Positions 1-9,244 are shown, counted from the stretch's first letter. The stretch is DNA of 41,820 nt from Deltaproteobacteria bacterium (GCA_019307665.1 JAFDJC010000002.1:1-41820); one strand, 5' to 3'. Numbers and translations are program-made. The notes: a model not told the origin generated them from the letters alone.

Positions 1-1786
1 CTGAACTGAAAGCCATCATGCCGTCAAGCTTGCCAAGCGTTATCGCAATCCAGTCCTTGGCCGTACATGTCGTAGTCACATTAGGATCGTGAAGCCCTTC
101 CTTGACATTGACTGCCCCGTCAGCAACACATACTGTCCACTCGCCTCCGCCTGTACCGGTGATTACATACCCATAGTTGGCCGTTACTCCGGCTACACCG
201 TCGGGATTCACACGCGACTCCATTGTTCCGAATATGTCGGCCACTGTTACTTCAGGGCCTTTCTTTGTAGGTGCGCCTTTTAATCCCCATTCCCGGAGTG
301 TCTTTTTAAGCACTTTCCCCATCGGGCTTCGTGGAAAATCCTCTTCAATAAGTTCAACGTATTTCGGCACCTTGAAGTTTGCCAGACTCTTCTTACAGAA
401 TTCTATGACTTCTTCTTCTGTCAGAGAATCGTCTTCTGCGACAATAAAAGACTTTATCTCTTCTCCCATTGTCTTATCTTTGATGCCCACAGTGGCTGCT
501 TCCGCTATTTTTGGGTGGGTAGCCAGGAAGTTGTCTATCTCTTTGGGGTAGACGTTTTCACCACCACGGATAATCATGTCTTTTTTCCTATCAACAATGA
601 AGATGTATCCATCTTCATCCTTGATTCCGACATCGCCGGTGTGAAGATATCCGTCAACAATAGTCTTGGCTGTTTCTTCAGGCATATTGTAATAGCCCTG
701 CATGACATTGTCGCCCTTTATCACTATCTCGCCTGATTCGTTATGAGGCATTTCATTTCCATCCTCATCAACGATCTTTATTTCCTGCCCGGGAAGAGCA
801 ATCCCGATGGAACCGATTTTCCGGACTCCTTCCCTTGGATTGATTGTGCTCACACATGTCCCCTCGGTCAGGCCGTAGCCTTCTATAATCGGAATGCCGA
901 AGGTATCCTGGAAACTTTTCATGGTCTCTTCTGTAAGAGGAGCTGCTCCGCAAATGCCGAATTTCAGGGAGCTAAGGTCAAATTTCTGTCTTCCCGGGTC
1001 GGTGAGAAGAATTTGATAGACAGCTGGAACAGCCGACCAGAAATTCACTTTAAATTCATCGACCACTTCCCAGAATTCGCTTGCACTGAAGGATTTTCTT
1101 AATACGATCTGCTGCCCTTTTTCCAGGCTTGATGTGCATGTAAGCATGGCATTTACATGGAAAAGAGGCAAAAAGCATAAGAAAGTCTCATTTTCAGCAG
1201 AATTTAATGCCCTGTTAATTCCATTGCTGTCAGCGATAATGTTTTTGTGTGAAAGAAGCACACCTTTGGGATTTCCGGTGGTTCCGGAAGTATAGAATAT
1301 ATAGGCTGTATCCTCTTCATCACATTCGCACTTTGTTGGTGTTTTGTCCCCGTCCTTGAGCAGATTAGAATAGGATATATTCTCCGGAGCCGGATTTTCA
1401 CCGATTTCGATCACGATCTCCAGATCCGGACATTTTGAGCGAATGTCATTCAGTATCGGCAGATACTGGTCTTGTATAATCAAACCGCGGCCTTTGGAAT
1501 CGTTTAACAGGTATTCCACTTCAGGCGCTTTCCACCAACCATTGATCGGACCCGCAACAGCACCTATTAAATGAATTGCAAAATAGGCGATAAGTGTCTC
1601 GGGACTGTTCTGTACAAAGACATGAATAAAATCCCCTTTCTTGAAGCCTTGTTTTTTAAGACCATTTGCAAGGATATGCACACGATCCATCAGTTCCCCG
1701 TACGTAATCGTCTCACCATAAAACTGAATATACGGTTCATTTTTGAATTTCTTTATGGCATCATTGTAGTAATTGCCAAGGTTCAT
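1..1786 (-). CDS. AMP-dependent acyl-CoA synthetase/ligase fused to a C-terminal SCP2 lipid-binding domain (3' end runs off the left window edge)
   Basis: Absent from the ORF track because there is no stop in the window. Reverse-strand translation from ATG 1786..1784 (GGGAGG about 6 nt upstream) stays open to position 1. It reads MNLGNYYNDAIKKF...YTSGTTGNPKGVLLSH (AMP-binding loop)...GYGLTE...TGD...DRKKDMIIRGGENVYPKEID, then GGGEWTVCVADGAVNVKEG...TAKDWIAITLGKLDGMMAF (SCP2-like). The plus-strand ORFs 89..1879 are antisense shadows. Confidence 0.9.
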   Translation of the reverse strand, partial: MNLGNYYNDAIKKFKNEPYIQFYGETITYGELMDRVHILANGLKKQGFKKGDFIHVFVQNSPETLIAYFAIHLIGAVAGPINGWWKAPEVEYLLNDSKGRGLIIQDQYLPILNDIRSKCPDLEIVIEIGENPAPENISYSNLLKDGDKTPTKCECDEEDTAYIFYTSGTTGNPKGVLLSHKNIIADSNGINRALNSAENETFLCFLPLFHVNAMLTCTSSLEKGQQIVLRKSFSASEFWEVVDEFKVNFWSAVPAVYQILLTDPGRQKFDLSSLKFGICGAAPLTEETMKSFQDTFGIPIIEGYGLTEGTCVSTINPREGVRKIGSIGIALPGQEIKIVDEDGNEMPHNESGEIVIKGDNVMQGYYNMPEETAKTIVDGYLHTGDVGIKDEDGYIFIVDRKKDMIIRGGENVYPKEIDNFLATHPKIAEAATVGIKDKTMGEEIKSFIVAEDDSLTEEEVIEFCKKSLANFKVPKYVELIEEDFPRSPMGKVLKKTLREWGLKGAPTKKGPEVTVADIFGTMESRVNPDGVAGVTANYGYVITGTGGGEWTVCVADGAVNVKEGLHDPNVTTTCTAKDWIAITLGKLDGMMAFSS

Positions 1787-1856
1787 GATAGCCTCCCACG
1801 ATATATTTTTAATAAAATGTTAACTATTGCTTATATGTTCATACCTGACTCACACT

Positions 1857-3038
1857 CTACCAAGGTGTCTCCCGTGTAAGGAGAAACAGAACCGACCACA
1901 TGGTTCCCCCGAACCCTGATGCCATTGCCTGATTTACAGTCTTTGGAACCTGATGATCTCCTGCGCAGCCCATAATCTGCAGCGCAGCTTCGGCAACTCT
2001 TATCATTGCCGTCGCACCGATGGGATTGGAAGCGATAACGCCTCCCGAGGGATTTATTGGAAAAGATCCGTCTATCGCTATTTCGTCATTTTCGATCATC
2101 TTCAGATGCTCATCACCCTCAAAGAGAAGAAATTCGCGAAGCCAGTCAAGACCCCACCAGCTTGAAGGGTCGTACATCTCAAACATGTCAATCTCTTTTC
2201 TGGGATCTTTAATGCCGTTTCTTGCAAAAAGCTTTTCCGCAGCATGACGGTGACTTGTTTTATAAGGCTCATTTCCAAAAATACAAAACATTTCTTCCCT
2301 GTGAACTGTTATATGATCCTTTATCCATGCCGGCTGTTTGCAAAGATTTTTTGCTTTTTCTTCAGAAGCAAAGATCATCACGCATGCCCCGTCACTCTGT
2401 GAACACATATGTATCATTCTGAGTTCCCCGACCAGAGCAGGTGAGCTTTCCGCAAGCTCGTCTCCCTGATCAAACTGGAGGTCAAAACGGCGGTGGGCTT
2501 TTTTGTTCTTCATCGCATGCTTGTCCATCTGTATGCGGTATTTCATGGATGCTTTCTTTGCCCGCTCCTCGCCAAATTCCTCTATAACGTCAGCAGCGGT
2601 CATGCCCGTTAGAGCACCTGTCTGAAGCTGTCTGGCCCATAGTGGATCAGCCATATTTGTAATTCCACCTGTTGTATGGCCTTCCTGGAGTTTTTCAAAA
2701 CCTATCGCCAGGACAATATCGTGCAGCCCTGAAGCGACAAGGCTATCTGCCGCACACACCAGTGTCGCACCGGTTGTCCCTCCGGTTGTAACCCTCAGGG
2801 TTTCTTTTCCAAAAGAGCCTGATCCTAATGTATGCCACAAATCCGGCTGATGAATCATTTCGAAAAGCTCCATGTTGCCGTGTACAACACAATCGACATC
2901 ATCCATTGTTATTCCTGCATGTTCCAGCGCCTCGACAACAGCTTCGTGAATCATCTCCGGCTGATTAACTTCCTCTCTGTGGCTTGAGTACACGGACTGT
3001 CCTACGCCTATTACTCCTACATTTCTATTTTTCTTCAT
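1857..3038 (-). CDS. thiolase-fold protein, SCP-x/Ltp-like (paralog A), non-canonical active-site motifs
   Basis: 393 aa ORF. Thiolase-like layout: VGVIGVGQS..., ...VTTGGTTGATLVCAADSLVASGLHDIVLAIGFEKL..., INPSGGVIASNPIGATAM, ASGFGGT. The Cys of the C-x-S-G site and the His of G-H-P appear replaced (GG-TTG and S-N-P). Confidence 0.85.
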   Translation of the reverse strand: MKKNRNVGVIGVGQSVYSSHREEVNQPEMIHEAVVEALEHAGITMDDVDCVVHGNMELFEMIHQPDLWHTLGSGSFGKETLRVTTGGTTGATLVCAADSLVASGLHDIVLAIGFEKLQEGHTTGGITNMADPLWARQLQTGALTGMTAADVIEEFGEERAKKASMKYRIQMDKHAMKNKKAHRRFDLQFDQGDELAESSPALVGELRMIHMCSQSDGACVMIFASEEKAKNLCKQPAWIKDHITVHREEMFCIFGNEPYKTSHRHAAEKLFARNGIKDPRKEIDMFEMYDPSSWWGLDWLREFLLFEGDEHLKMIENDEIAIDGSFPINPSGGVIASNPIGATAMIRVAEAALQIMGCAGDHQVPKTVNQAMASGFGGTMWSVLFLLTRETPW

Positions 3039-3049
3039 TCTATCGCCTC

Positions 3050-4198
3050 CTAGTCCCTTTCCAGTGTAATCACAGAGTGAAACTGTCCTGCCGGTCCCAT
3101 CACACCATGGGCCAACGCGGTTTTAGCATCTTTTATCTGCCTGTCACCGGCTTCTCCCTTGAGTTGGATTGCAGCTTCGGCTGCACGTACCAGACCACCC
3201 AAAATCATGGGATTGCCGGCAAGCATGCCTCCTGACGGATTTACGCGGTTTTTTGCCGGTCCATCAGCATCAATCCACTCGCCGCCCTTTCCATCATCAC
3301 AGATACCGAGGCCTTCAATCCACATCGGCTGCTGAAAAGCATATTGATCAGAGATTTCTACTATATCAAACGCTTTTCGAGGATTCTTAATTCCGGCACG
3401 TTTGTACGCACGTTCGGCTGCTTTCTTTAAAGCAAAGTTTGAAGCAAGGTCCCTGTCTCCAAGAAAAAAGCTGTCCATGCAGTTTCCCACTCCGGTAATC
3501 CAGACAGGATTATCAGTAAACTCCTTGACACGTTCTTCAGCAGCCAGAATCATGCCGACAGCCCCGTCTGAAACCGGATAGGCATGCAGTCTGCGAATCG
3601 GATCAGCGAGCATCTCTGAAGACATCACTTCTTCTTTTGTGACTTTGATCGCTTCCGGTGTAAATGGATTTTTCGATCCATTCTCTCTTGCCCTCACTAC
3701 GATATCTGCGAGCTGTGCGTCAGTGATCCCTGATTTTGAAGCATATGCCTGTGCCTGGAGTCCTGCTGCTGCACAAAAATCAAGGCCAACCGGTCTTGTG
3801 AAAAAAGGATCGTAAGCCAGGTGTGTTACCATGTTACGGCTTTTGGCCTGTGACTCCTTGCAGTGCCCGAGCACCAGAACCACGTCGCAGTGGCCGGACT
3901 GAATCGCTGCAAGCCCGTAGTACAAGGCCTGAATTCCCTCCTGCGCGACCTTTTCCTCGCACCTCATATGGGCGCCAAGGACATCGGTCATGCCGTTGTC
4001 TGAGATAGTACGGGCATCGTATATGTCGTCTGAAACACTTATGCTCATATTGATCCCCTTGTCTTCAGAAAAACCGACTCCTGTCTGATCCTGAAGAGAC
4101 TCAAGAACTTCCAGGGCCATGCCCTGAAACCTCTCATACCACTTGTCGTGTTCATAAACTGTCTGCGCTGCCGCGCAAATCCCGACTTTTCTTGCCAT
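3050..4198 (-). CDS. thiolase-fold protein, SCP-x/Ltp-like (paralog B), non-canonical active-site motifs
   Basis: 382 aa ORF lying 11 nt upstream of paralog A. Motifs VGICAAAQT..., IQSGHCDVVLVLGHCKE, VNPSGGMLAGNPMILGG (G-N-P where thiolases carry G-H-P), ALAHGVMGPAG. Confidence 0.85.
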   Translation of the reverse strand: MARKVGICAAAQTVYEHDKWYERFQGMALEVLESLQDQTGVGFSEDKGINMSISVSDDIYDARTISDNGMTDVLGAHMRCEEKVAQEGIQALYYGLAAIQSGHCDVVLVLGHCKESQAKSRNMVTHLAYDPFFTRPVGLDFCAAAGLQAQAYASKSGITDAQLADIVVRARENGSKNPFTPEAIKVTKEEVMSSEMLADPIRRLHAYPVSDGAVGMILAAEERVKEFTDNPVWITGVGNCMDSFFLGDRDLASNFALKKAAERAYKRAGIKNPRKAFDIVEISDQYAFQQPMWIEGLGICDDGKGGEWIDADGPAKNRVNPSGGMLAGNPMILGGLVRAAEAAIQLKGEAGDRQIKDAKTALAHGVMGPAGQFHSVITLERD

Positions 4199-4254
4199 TT
4201 CCGTTACCCTCCTTGCTTATTATTCGAGGTTTACCATTTTTAATATCTTACCAT

Positions 4255-4803
4255 TTATATATAACAATTCCAGAAATCTCCGTTTTTGATCGCTTTAATA
4301 ATCTTATCCTTTTCTCTCATGCAATCCATCTCTATCCATGCCCGACCGCACCCGATCCTTGTATGAGAGTCATCTGTCGCCACCTTTGGATATAAAATTT
4401 CAGGGATCTCAAATTCACTGGTACGAAATCCCTTTGATGTCACTTCCACTGCATCAATTGGCATCTTCCCCGCAACCGAACTAATTCTTTCAATCGCCTT
4501 ATCCATGGGAACGTCCAGCTCTGAAGGATGATTGAAGATATGCAAAGTCTCTTTGTCACCGTCGATCCGGTTCACATGAACATACCCTTTCTCAAAAACC
4601 GTCAGTTCTACTCCAGTAAAAACAATCATGCCTGTCTTGATATCCTTAACCGGTGCATAACAGTCCGGTCGCAACAGATAGTCGTGATCGGTCAGGGCAA
4701 TAAAATCAAACCCTAAACTCTCATACACCATCACCACCTCATCTATGGAAAGATCACCGTCAGAGCATGTGGTGTGGATATGCAATCCACCTTTCAGGTG
4801 CAT
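4255..4803 (-). CDS. PHP-domain metal-dependent phosphoesterase
   Basis: 182 aa. N-terminus GLHIHTTCSDGDLSIDEVV...FDFIALTDHDY is the PHP His/Asp metal-binding pattern. Its start overlaps the tetR stop by 10 nt. Confidence 0.8.
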   Translation of the reverse strand: MHLKGGLHIHTTCSDGDLSIDEVVMVYESLGFDFIALTDHDYLLRPDCYAPVKDIKTGMIVFTGVELTVFEKGYVHVNRIDGDKETLHIFNHPSELDVPMDKAIERISSVAGKMPIDAVEVTSKGFRTSEFEIPEILYPKVATDDSHTRIGCGRAWIEMDCMREKDKIIKAIKNGDFWNCYI

Positions 4804-5471
4804 GTTTCCCCGTTAAACATATTGTTGATCCCACCAATGATAAAGTCGACTGCATCCCTGCCTATTATTTTCATGTCCTCAGAACTTTCCCGCCAAAACA
4901 AATATTTATATGCAACACGCTCATAAATTCCCATGATACTTACAGCGACAACCTCTGCTGAAAACCCTGATTTAAAACTGTGGCCGAGATTTTCGCTAAC
5001 CCTCACCAGGGCATTGAGAACATCACCGGTCAGCTTGTCAAATATTTCCCGTCGTCGTTCTTCAACAACAGGACTCTTTCCCACCGATTCCCTGAAAATA
5101 ATCGCCACCTTTTCAGGATACTGTGTACAGAACTCTTCAAAAAACATTTGCCCGGCATTTTTGAAGCCATCAAGCGACTCTCCTGTTTTTTTAAATTCGC
5201 TCCCGAGAATCTTTCTTAACCTGAAACCTATTTCTTCAAGGAGTTGGATAAGAAGATCTTCTTTATTCTTGAAATAAAAATAGACGGCTCCGACAGATAC
5301 TTCGGCAGCATCAGCAATCATTTCCATGCTCGCCTTTTGATAGCCCTCTTTTGCAAATAATTCCTCCGCAGCACTTAAAATGGTCTGATAGCGCTGTTCA
5401 CGCTCACGTTGCCTTCGCTGGGCCGACTTGGAAAGTGTTTTCTCGTTGTCTGTTTTATTTTTTTCCGTCAT
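4794..5471 (-). CDS. TetR/AcrR-family transcriptional regulator
   Basis: 225 aa. The HTH region ILSAAEELFAKEGYQKASMEMIADAAEVSVGAVYFYFKNKEDLL is the classical TetR_N signature. Confidence 0.9.
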   Translation of the reverse strand: MTEKNKTDNEKTLSKSAQRRQREREQRYQTILSAAEELFAKEGYQKASMEMIADAAEVSVGAVYFYFKNKEDLLIQLLEEIGFRLRKILGSEFKKTGESLDGFKNAGQMFFEEFCTQYPEKVAIIFRESVGKSPVVEERRREIFDKLTGDVLNALVRVSENLGHSFKSGFSAEVVAVSIMGIYERVAYKYLFWRESSEDMKIIGRDAVDFIIGGINNMFNGETCT

Positions 5472-5486
5472 TTTCCATCCTGTCTG

Positions 5487-6611
5487 TTAACGAATCCCCA
5501 TTGCAGCATCCCCTATTTTAACACGGGAGATTTCAGTTGAGGTTCCTGCAATCTGAAGATATTTTGAACATCTAAATGCCCGCTCAGCCGCATTCCCGGT
5601 CTGATAGCCGGAACCTGCCAGAATTTGAAGCGCTGAGCTCGCCACCTGTTCCGCGGATTCGGTCAAAAAGACTTTTGAACTGAGTGTGAAAGAGTCAGCA
5701 TCTTTTGGATTGTCAGCAGCGTTCCAGGCTGCCCGGTATGCAAAAAGCTGTGAAGTTTGAAACAGAGTCAGCATCTCAGCCAGTTTAAAACCAACTTCCT
5801 GATAGGCTATCACCGGCTTGCCGCCGCTTTTATGTGACTTTGCATAATCCCTTGCAGCTTCGTATGCTGATTTCATCAACCCGAGGCTTGCACCGAGAAG
5901 GACTTGGTTTTCCCACATCTTTATCTTTGATAAAATATCGACCTTGTCAAAAGGGCCTATGACATTAGCTGCATCGATACTGCAGCCTTCAAGACGAATT
6001 CCGGAAACAGCAGCTCCGTCATACCCGACCATGGACATTTTCTCTTCCACAACAAGTCCTTTTGTCCCCTTCTCTACCATAAAGACCACGGGTTTGCCGT
6101 CCATCATCCCTGCAACAGCTATCCAGTCTGCCAAAGGCGCATTAACGACATACTGCTTGGCACCGTTTACGATAACCTTATCCCTGTCTGCCCTGCCTTC
6201 TGTCTTTAACGGCTCATTCTCAACATTCATGGAATCTTCCGAAACCGCAACAGCACCTAAAATCTTTCCTTCAAGAAGAGGTGTCAGGAGATTCCCCTTG
6301 AGCCTGTCATCACACAATTCAGCAACAATTTTTCCAAAAACACGCGTACTCATCTCAACAGACAGAAGCACAGACGGCGAAAACGCGCCTACAACTTCCA
6401 TTGCTCCCATGAGTGTCAACAAACCATTATACTCTTTTTCTTCTTGTATGGCCAGGTTCAGGTACGGCGTCTTTGCAAGCCGATCAATAACTGCCCGTAT
6501 ATTTTCTTCAGGACCTCCGGCTTCCAGGTTTTTTTCTTCTGAAAGCTTTTGCATAATATTTTGTATATCGATAAAAAAGGCAAGTTCCTTTTCGCTGAAA
6601 TCGTAATTCAT
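5487..6611 (-). CDS. acyl-CoA dehydrogenase-family protein (divergent second subunit or paralog)
   Basis: 374 aa with ACAD-like architecture. The C-terminus reads YLQIAGTSTEISRVKIG in place of the canonical IYEGT-EIQ. It lies directly downstream of the ACAD at 6640..7782. Confidence 0.8.
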   Translation of the reverse strand: MNYDFSEKELAFFIDIQNIMQKLSEEKNLEAGGPEENIRAVIDRLAKTPYLNLAIQEEKEYNGLLTLMGAMEVVGAFSPSVLLSVEMSTRVFGKIVAELCDDRLKGNLLTPLLEGKILGAVAVSEDSMNVENEPLKTEGRADRDKVIVNGAKQYVVNAPLADWIAVAGMMDGKPVVFMVEKGTKGLVVEEKMSMVGYDGAAVSGIRLEGCSIDAANVIGPFDKVDILSKIKMWENQVLLGASLGLMKSAYEAARDYAKSHKSGGKPVIAYQEVGFKLAEMLTLFQTSQLFAYRAAWNAADNPKDADSFTLSSKVFLTESAEQVASSALQILAGSGYQTGNAAERAFRCSKYLQIAGTSTEISRVKIGDAAMGIR

Positions 6612-6639
6612 TTTGCTTCTCCTTTAATTTTTGCTACAG

Positions 6640-7782
6640 CTACATCAGCTTTGAAATGATCATTTTCTGAATATCGGAAGTTCCGCCTCCGATGGGAGCA
6701 AGGCGGCTGTCACGCATAATTCTTTCCATATCATATTCATGGCAGTATCCGTACCCGCCGTGAAGAACCATGGCATCATTTGCAGGAGCCATGCTCCAGT
6801 CACCCACAAATAGCTTTGCAACTGCGGCTTCAAGATGGTTCAGAGGACGGCCCTGGTCCTTGCAGTACGCTATCCTATATACAAGAGAGCGTGCCGCCTC
6901 TCCAAATATCCGTATATCAGCCAGCTTGTGCTTAATGGCCTGAAATTTCCCTATGGGTCTCCCGAACTGTTCTCTTTTCTTTGCGTAGTCTGCGCACCTT
7001 TTTAGCATGAAAGTGGAAGCTCCTACAAACGGGGCCAGCAATGCACTTCTGTCCCATTCCACTGTCTGCATCGACATGTTAAAACCTTCCCCTTCTTTTC
7101 CGAGAAGATTTTCAGCCGGAATCTCACAGTTGTCGAGAAAAAGCTCGGAAGTCTGGGAAGTGCAGACACCCATCTTTATCAGGTTTGGTCCTGATTTGAA
7201 ACCTTTGGTCCCTTTCTCAACGATAAAAGCTGAAATACCGGCATGATGCTTTTCAGGATCTGTTTTAGCATAAATTACCGATACATCAGCTATGGGGCCA
7301 TTGGTAATAAATATCTTGCTACCGTTTAAGATATATTTGTCGCCCTTCTTTTCAGCGGTAGCCTTAAGTGAAGCCACATCAGACCCTGCATCGGGTTCCG
7401 TAAGCCCCATGCACCCTATCCACTCTCCACTTGCCAGTTTTGGAATGTATTTTTTACGCTGTTCATCTGTTCCGTGTGAAAAGATCGTGTCAGCGCATAA
7501 AAAAGTATGAGCTCCGTAAGCGAGTGTAAGGCCTCCGTCTACGCCTGCTTCACCGAGTGCCTCACCTGCCATAACAGTAGTAATGACATCAGCATCACTA
7601 CCGCCCAGCTCTTCCGGAAAGTGAAGCCCCAGAATGCCGAACTCACCCAATTTTCTGAACGATTCAAAATCGAATTGTTTTTTAAGGTCATGTTCCTGAA
7701 CCCTGGGCACAATCTCTTTTTTTGCAAAATTGATGACTTCCTTCTTGAACATCAACTGCTCTTTTGTAAATGCAAAATCCAT
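6640..7782 (-). CDS. acyl-CoA dehydrogenase
   Basis: 380 aa. Motifs GCMGLTEPDAGSD, KIFITNG, GEGFNMSMQTVEWDRS, MRDSRLAPIGGGTSDIQKMIISK (IVD-like E-I-G-A-G-T-S type C-terminus). AGGAG sits 7-8 nt upstream of the ATG. Confidence 0.9.
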   Translation of the reverse strand: MDFAFTKEQLMFKKEVINFAKKEIVPRVQEHDLKKQFDFESFRKLGEFGILGLHFPEELGGSDADVITTVMAGEALGEAGVDGGLTLAYGAHTFLCADTIFSHGTDEQRKKYIPKLASGEWIGCMGLTEPDAGSDVASLKATAEKKGDKYILNGSKIFITNGPIADVSVIYAKTDPEKHHAGISAFIVEKGTKGFKSGPNLIKMGVCTSQTSELFLDNCEIPAENLLGKEGEGFNMSMQTVEWDRSALLAPFVGASTFMLKRCADYAKKREQFGRPIGKFQAIKHKLADIRIFGEAARSLVYRIAYCKDQGRPLNHLEAAVAKLFVGDWSMAPANDAMVLHGGYGYCHEYDMERIMRDSRLAPIGGGTSDIQKMIISKLM

Positions 7783-7889
7783 TAGCCTCTCCTGTTCTAA
7801 TTCTAATTTTGGTCTGTTTCTTTTTCCTTCTAGTACATAAAACTCGAATATGTTTTATAATTTTATTCATTAACAAAATCTGATTCGGA

Positions 7890-7918
7890 TTTATAATCTC
7901 ATTCATATTAAAAGTCAA
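7890..7918 (-). promoter_or_regulatory. sigma70-like promoter for the acd operon (TTGACT-17 nt-TATAAA), with a 7-bp inverted repeat in the leader
   Basis: The minus strand reads CTTGACT (7918..7913), a 17-nt spacer, then TATAAA (7895..7890). Downstream at 7837..7858 is ATAAAAC-N8-GTTTTAT, a candidate operator for the operon-encoded TetR. Confidence 0.5.
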
Positions 7919-7933
7919 GTTTTTTATGAGCGC

Positions 7934-8126
7934 AAATTTGATGATTTCGTGAAAAGTCCCGACCCCGTCACTCCGGCGAAGGCCGTAGCCCAGAAGCTAT
8001 TGAAATGACTGGATAGCGCTAACGGTTGCGCCTCTCAGCTTGAAACCCGGCACTACGTGTCCGGCCTTCGCCGAATGACAATAAATGGATTTTTTGATTT
8101 TTTACAAGATTATCAAGTTTGAATTT
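7934..8126. repeat. long imperfect palindromic intergenic element (REP/MITE-like), copy 1
   Basis: Inner arms are gtcactccggcgaaggccg (7967..7985) and cggccttcgccgaatgac (8062..8079), sharing a 12-bp perfect core. Outer arms are tgatgatttcgtgaaaa and its approximate reverse complement within ttttttacaagattatcaag (13/17). A related half-copy lies at 29474..29576. Confidence 0.6.
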
Positions 8127-8236
8127 GACACAGAACATGCATTATTTTGAACTTAAAGAATTAAAGAATGATCTGACCGCCGGTCTATTTAAATAATATC
8201 TGGTACTTATCCCCAAAAACCGGGCAGTTGAATTTG

Positions 8237-8860
8237 TTAATATTTGCTTTTGTTTTTTAGGTCTGTATATATGGAATCAAAGTCGTTTTGGTTTTGTTTT
8301 ATTTCGACAATCAGTTTTTTTAAATCAGGAAGGGAAGCTTTCCCATCTCTGTAATTTAAAAGGTGATTGTAAAAACTGCCTGCTTTATAGAATGTTCTAT
8401 TTTTCGCATTAAGGACCGGTTTTATTGTATCGTTATAATTTGAATCAACGGGTAGGGTTAATTTGTCACTACAGTTTTTTGCTGTTGCGGCAAAACGCGA
8501 ACAGAAAAATATGAATTTATCAGAGCCTGCCAACTGATTGTAGTTTTTTGCATTTGCAAACTGTTCCAGCTTTTTAAAATAGAAGAGAAATTTTCCATAG
8601 TCACTGCTCTCATTCACTGCTTTTATTTTTGAATCAAGGAACGAAAATTCTGATATTTTTTGCGTTTGGGACGCAATTCTTCCGCCTGAAGAAGTCCCTG
8701 ATTCTGCTGCTATGTCGGATGGCTGTTTCTGGTCATCAGCGCCGGAATTGCCTTTTACACTGCTTAGGGATTCATCGCTAAGCGTGTCCATAGCTGTGTA
8801 TACCGGGACGGGAAAAAGCATTGTTACAGCCGCTGTCAGAATGATTAAAAATAACTTCAT
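8237..8860 (-). CDS. secreted protein of unknown function
   Basis: 207 aa with signal peptide MKLFLIILTAAVTMLFPVPVYTA. A Ser/Gly/Asp-rich linker precedes a Lys/Asn/Phe-rich body with no motif I recognise. The coding sequence is AT-rich. Confidence 0.6.
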   Translation of the reverse strand: MKLFLIILTAAVTMLFPVPVYTAMDTLSDESLSSVKGNSGADDQKQPSDIAAESGTSSGGRIASQTQKISEFSFLDSKIKAVNESSDYGKFLFYFKKLEQFANAKNYNQLAGSDKFIFFCSRFAATAKNCSDKLTLPVDSNYNDTIKPVLNAKNRTFYKAGSFYNHLLNYRDGKASLPDLKKLIVEIKQNQNDFDSIYTDLKNKSKY

Positions 8861-8864
8861 TTTT

Positions 8865-9074
8865 TTACATTAACTTTGATAACTGAACTGATGAGCTAAC
8901 CGAAAACTCCGATGGATTACTAGTAGCCTGCTCGGTTATGTCATGCTTCCACACTGTCTTTAAGCATTCTCTCTGGTCAATACCTGAACGCCTTTCAGGT
9001 ATATACAAGGAATATGAAAAAATTCTTCTTTCAACTCCGCACCGTCTCTCTTTTGAATAATTTGTCATCAACAC
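8865..9074 (-). CDS. small Arg-rich protein of unknown function
   Basis: 69 aa ending 4 nt upstream of the next gene. It carries tandem motifs ERRCGVERR and ERRSGIDQR. Support is positional only, with no domain match. Confidence 0.4.
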   Translation of the reverse strand: MLMTNYSKERRCGVERRIFSYSLYIPERRSGIDQRECLKTVWKHDITEQATSNPSEFSVSSSVQLSKLM

Positions 9075-9244
9075 TGAAGGCTCCTGTTGCTATATATGTT
9101 TACAAGTATCCAAGAAACATTACGTCCAACGCAGAACTATGTGTTTTCTATTATTACCAATTCAAGCTTCTTAAATTTTTTGAGTTTTGTTTCACAAACA
9201 CTTTACTTGAATCTTATGTCAGCTATCAAATCATCGCACCGTAA

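Noticed and set aside
89-1879. Plus-strand ORFs of 60-124 aa listed in the track (89..283, 177..551, 515..736, 743..1102, 1571..1879)
   Set aside because: They are antisense shadows of the long minus-strand acyl-CoA ligase-SCP2 frame. They have low-complexity, Ser/Phe-rich composition, no SD and no motifs.
5944-6606. 220-aa plus-strand ORF
   Set aside because: It lies entirely antisense to the ACAD-like gene. Its Ser/Pro/Thr-rich sequence is typical of a shadow frame, and the opposite strand has clear family motifs.
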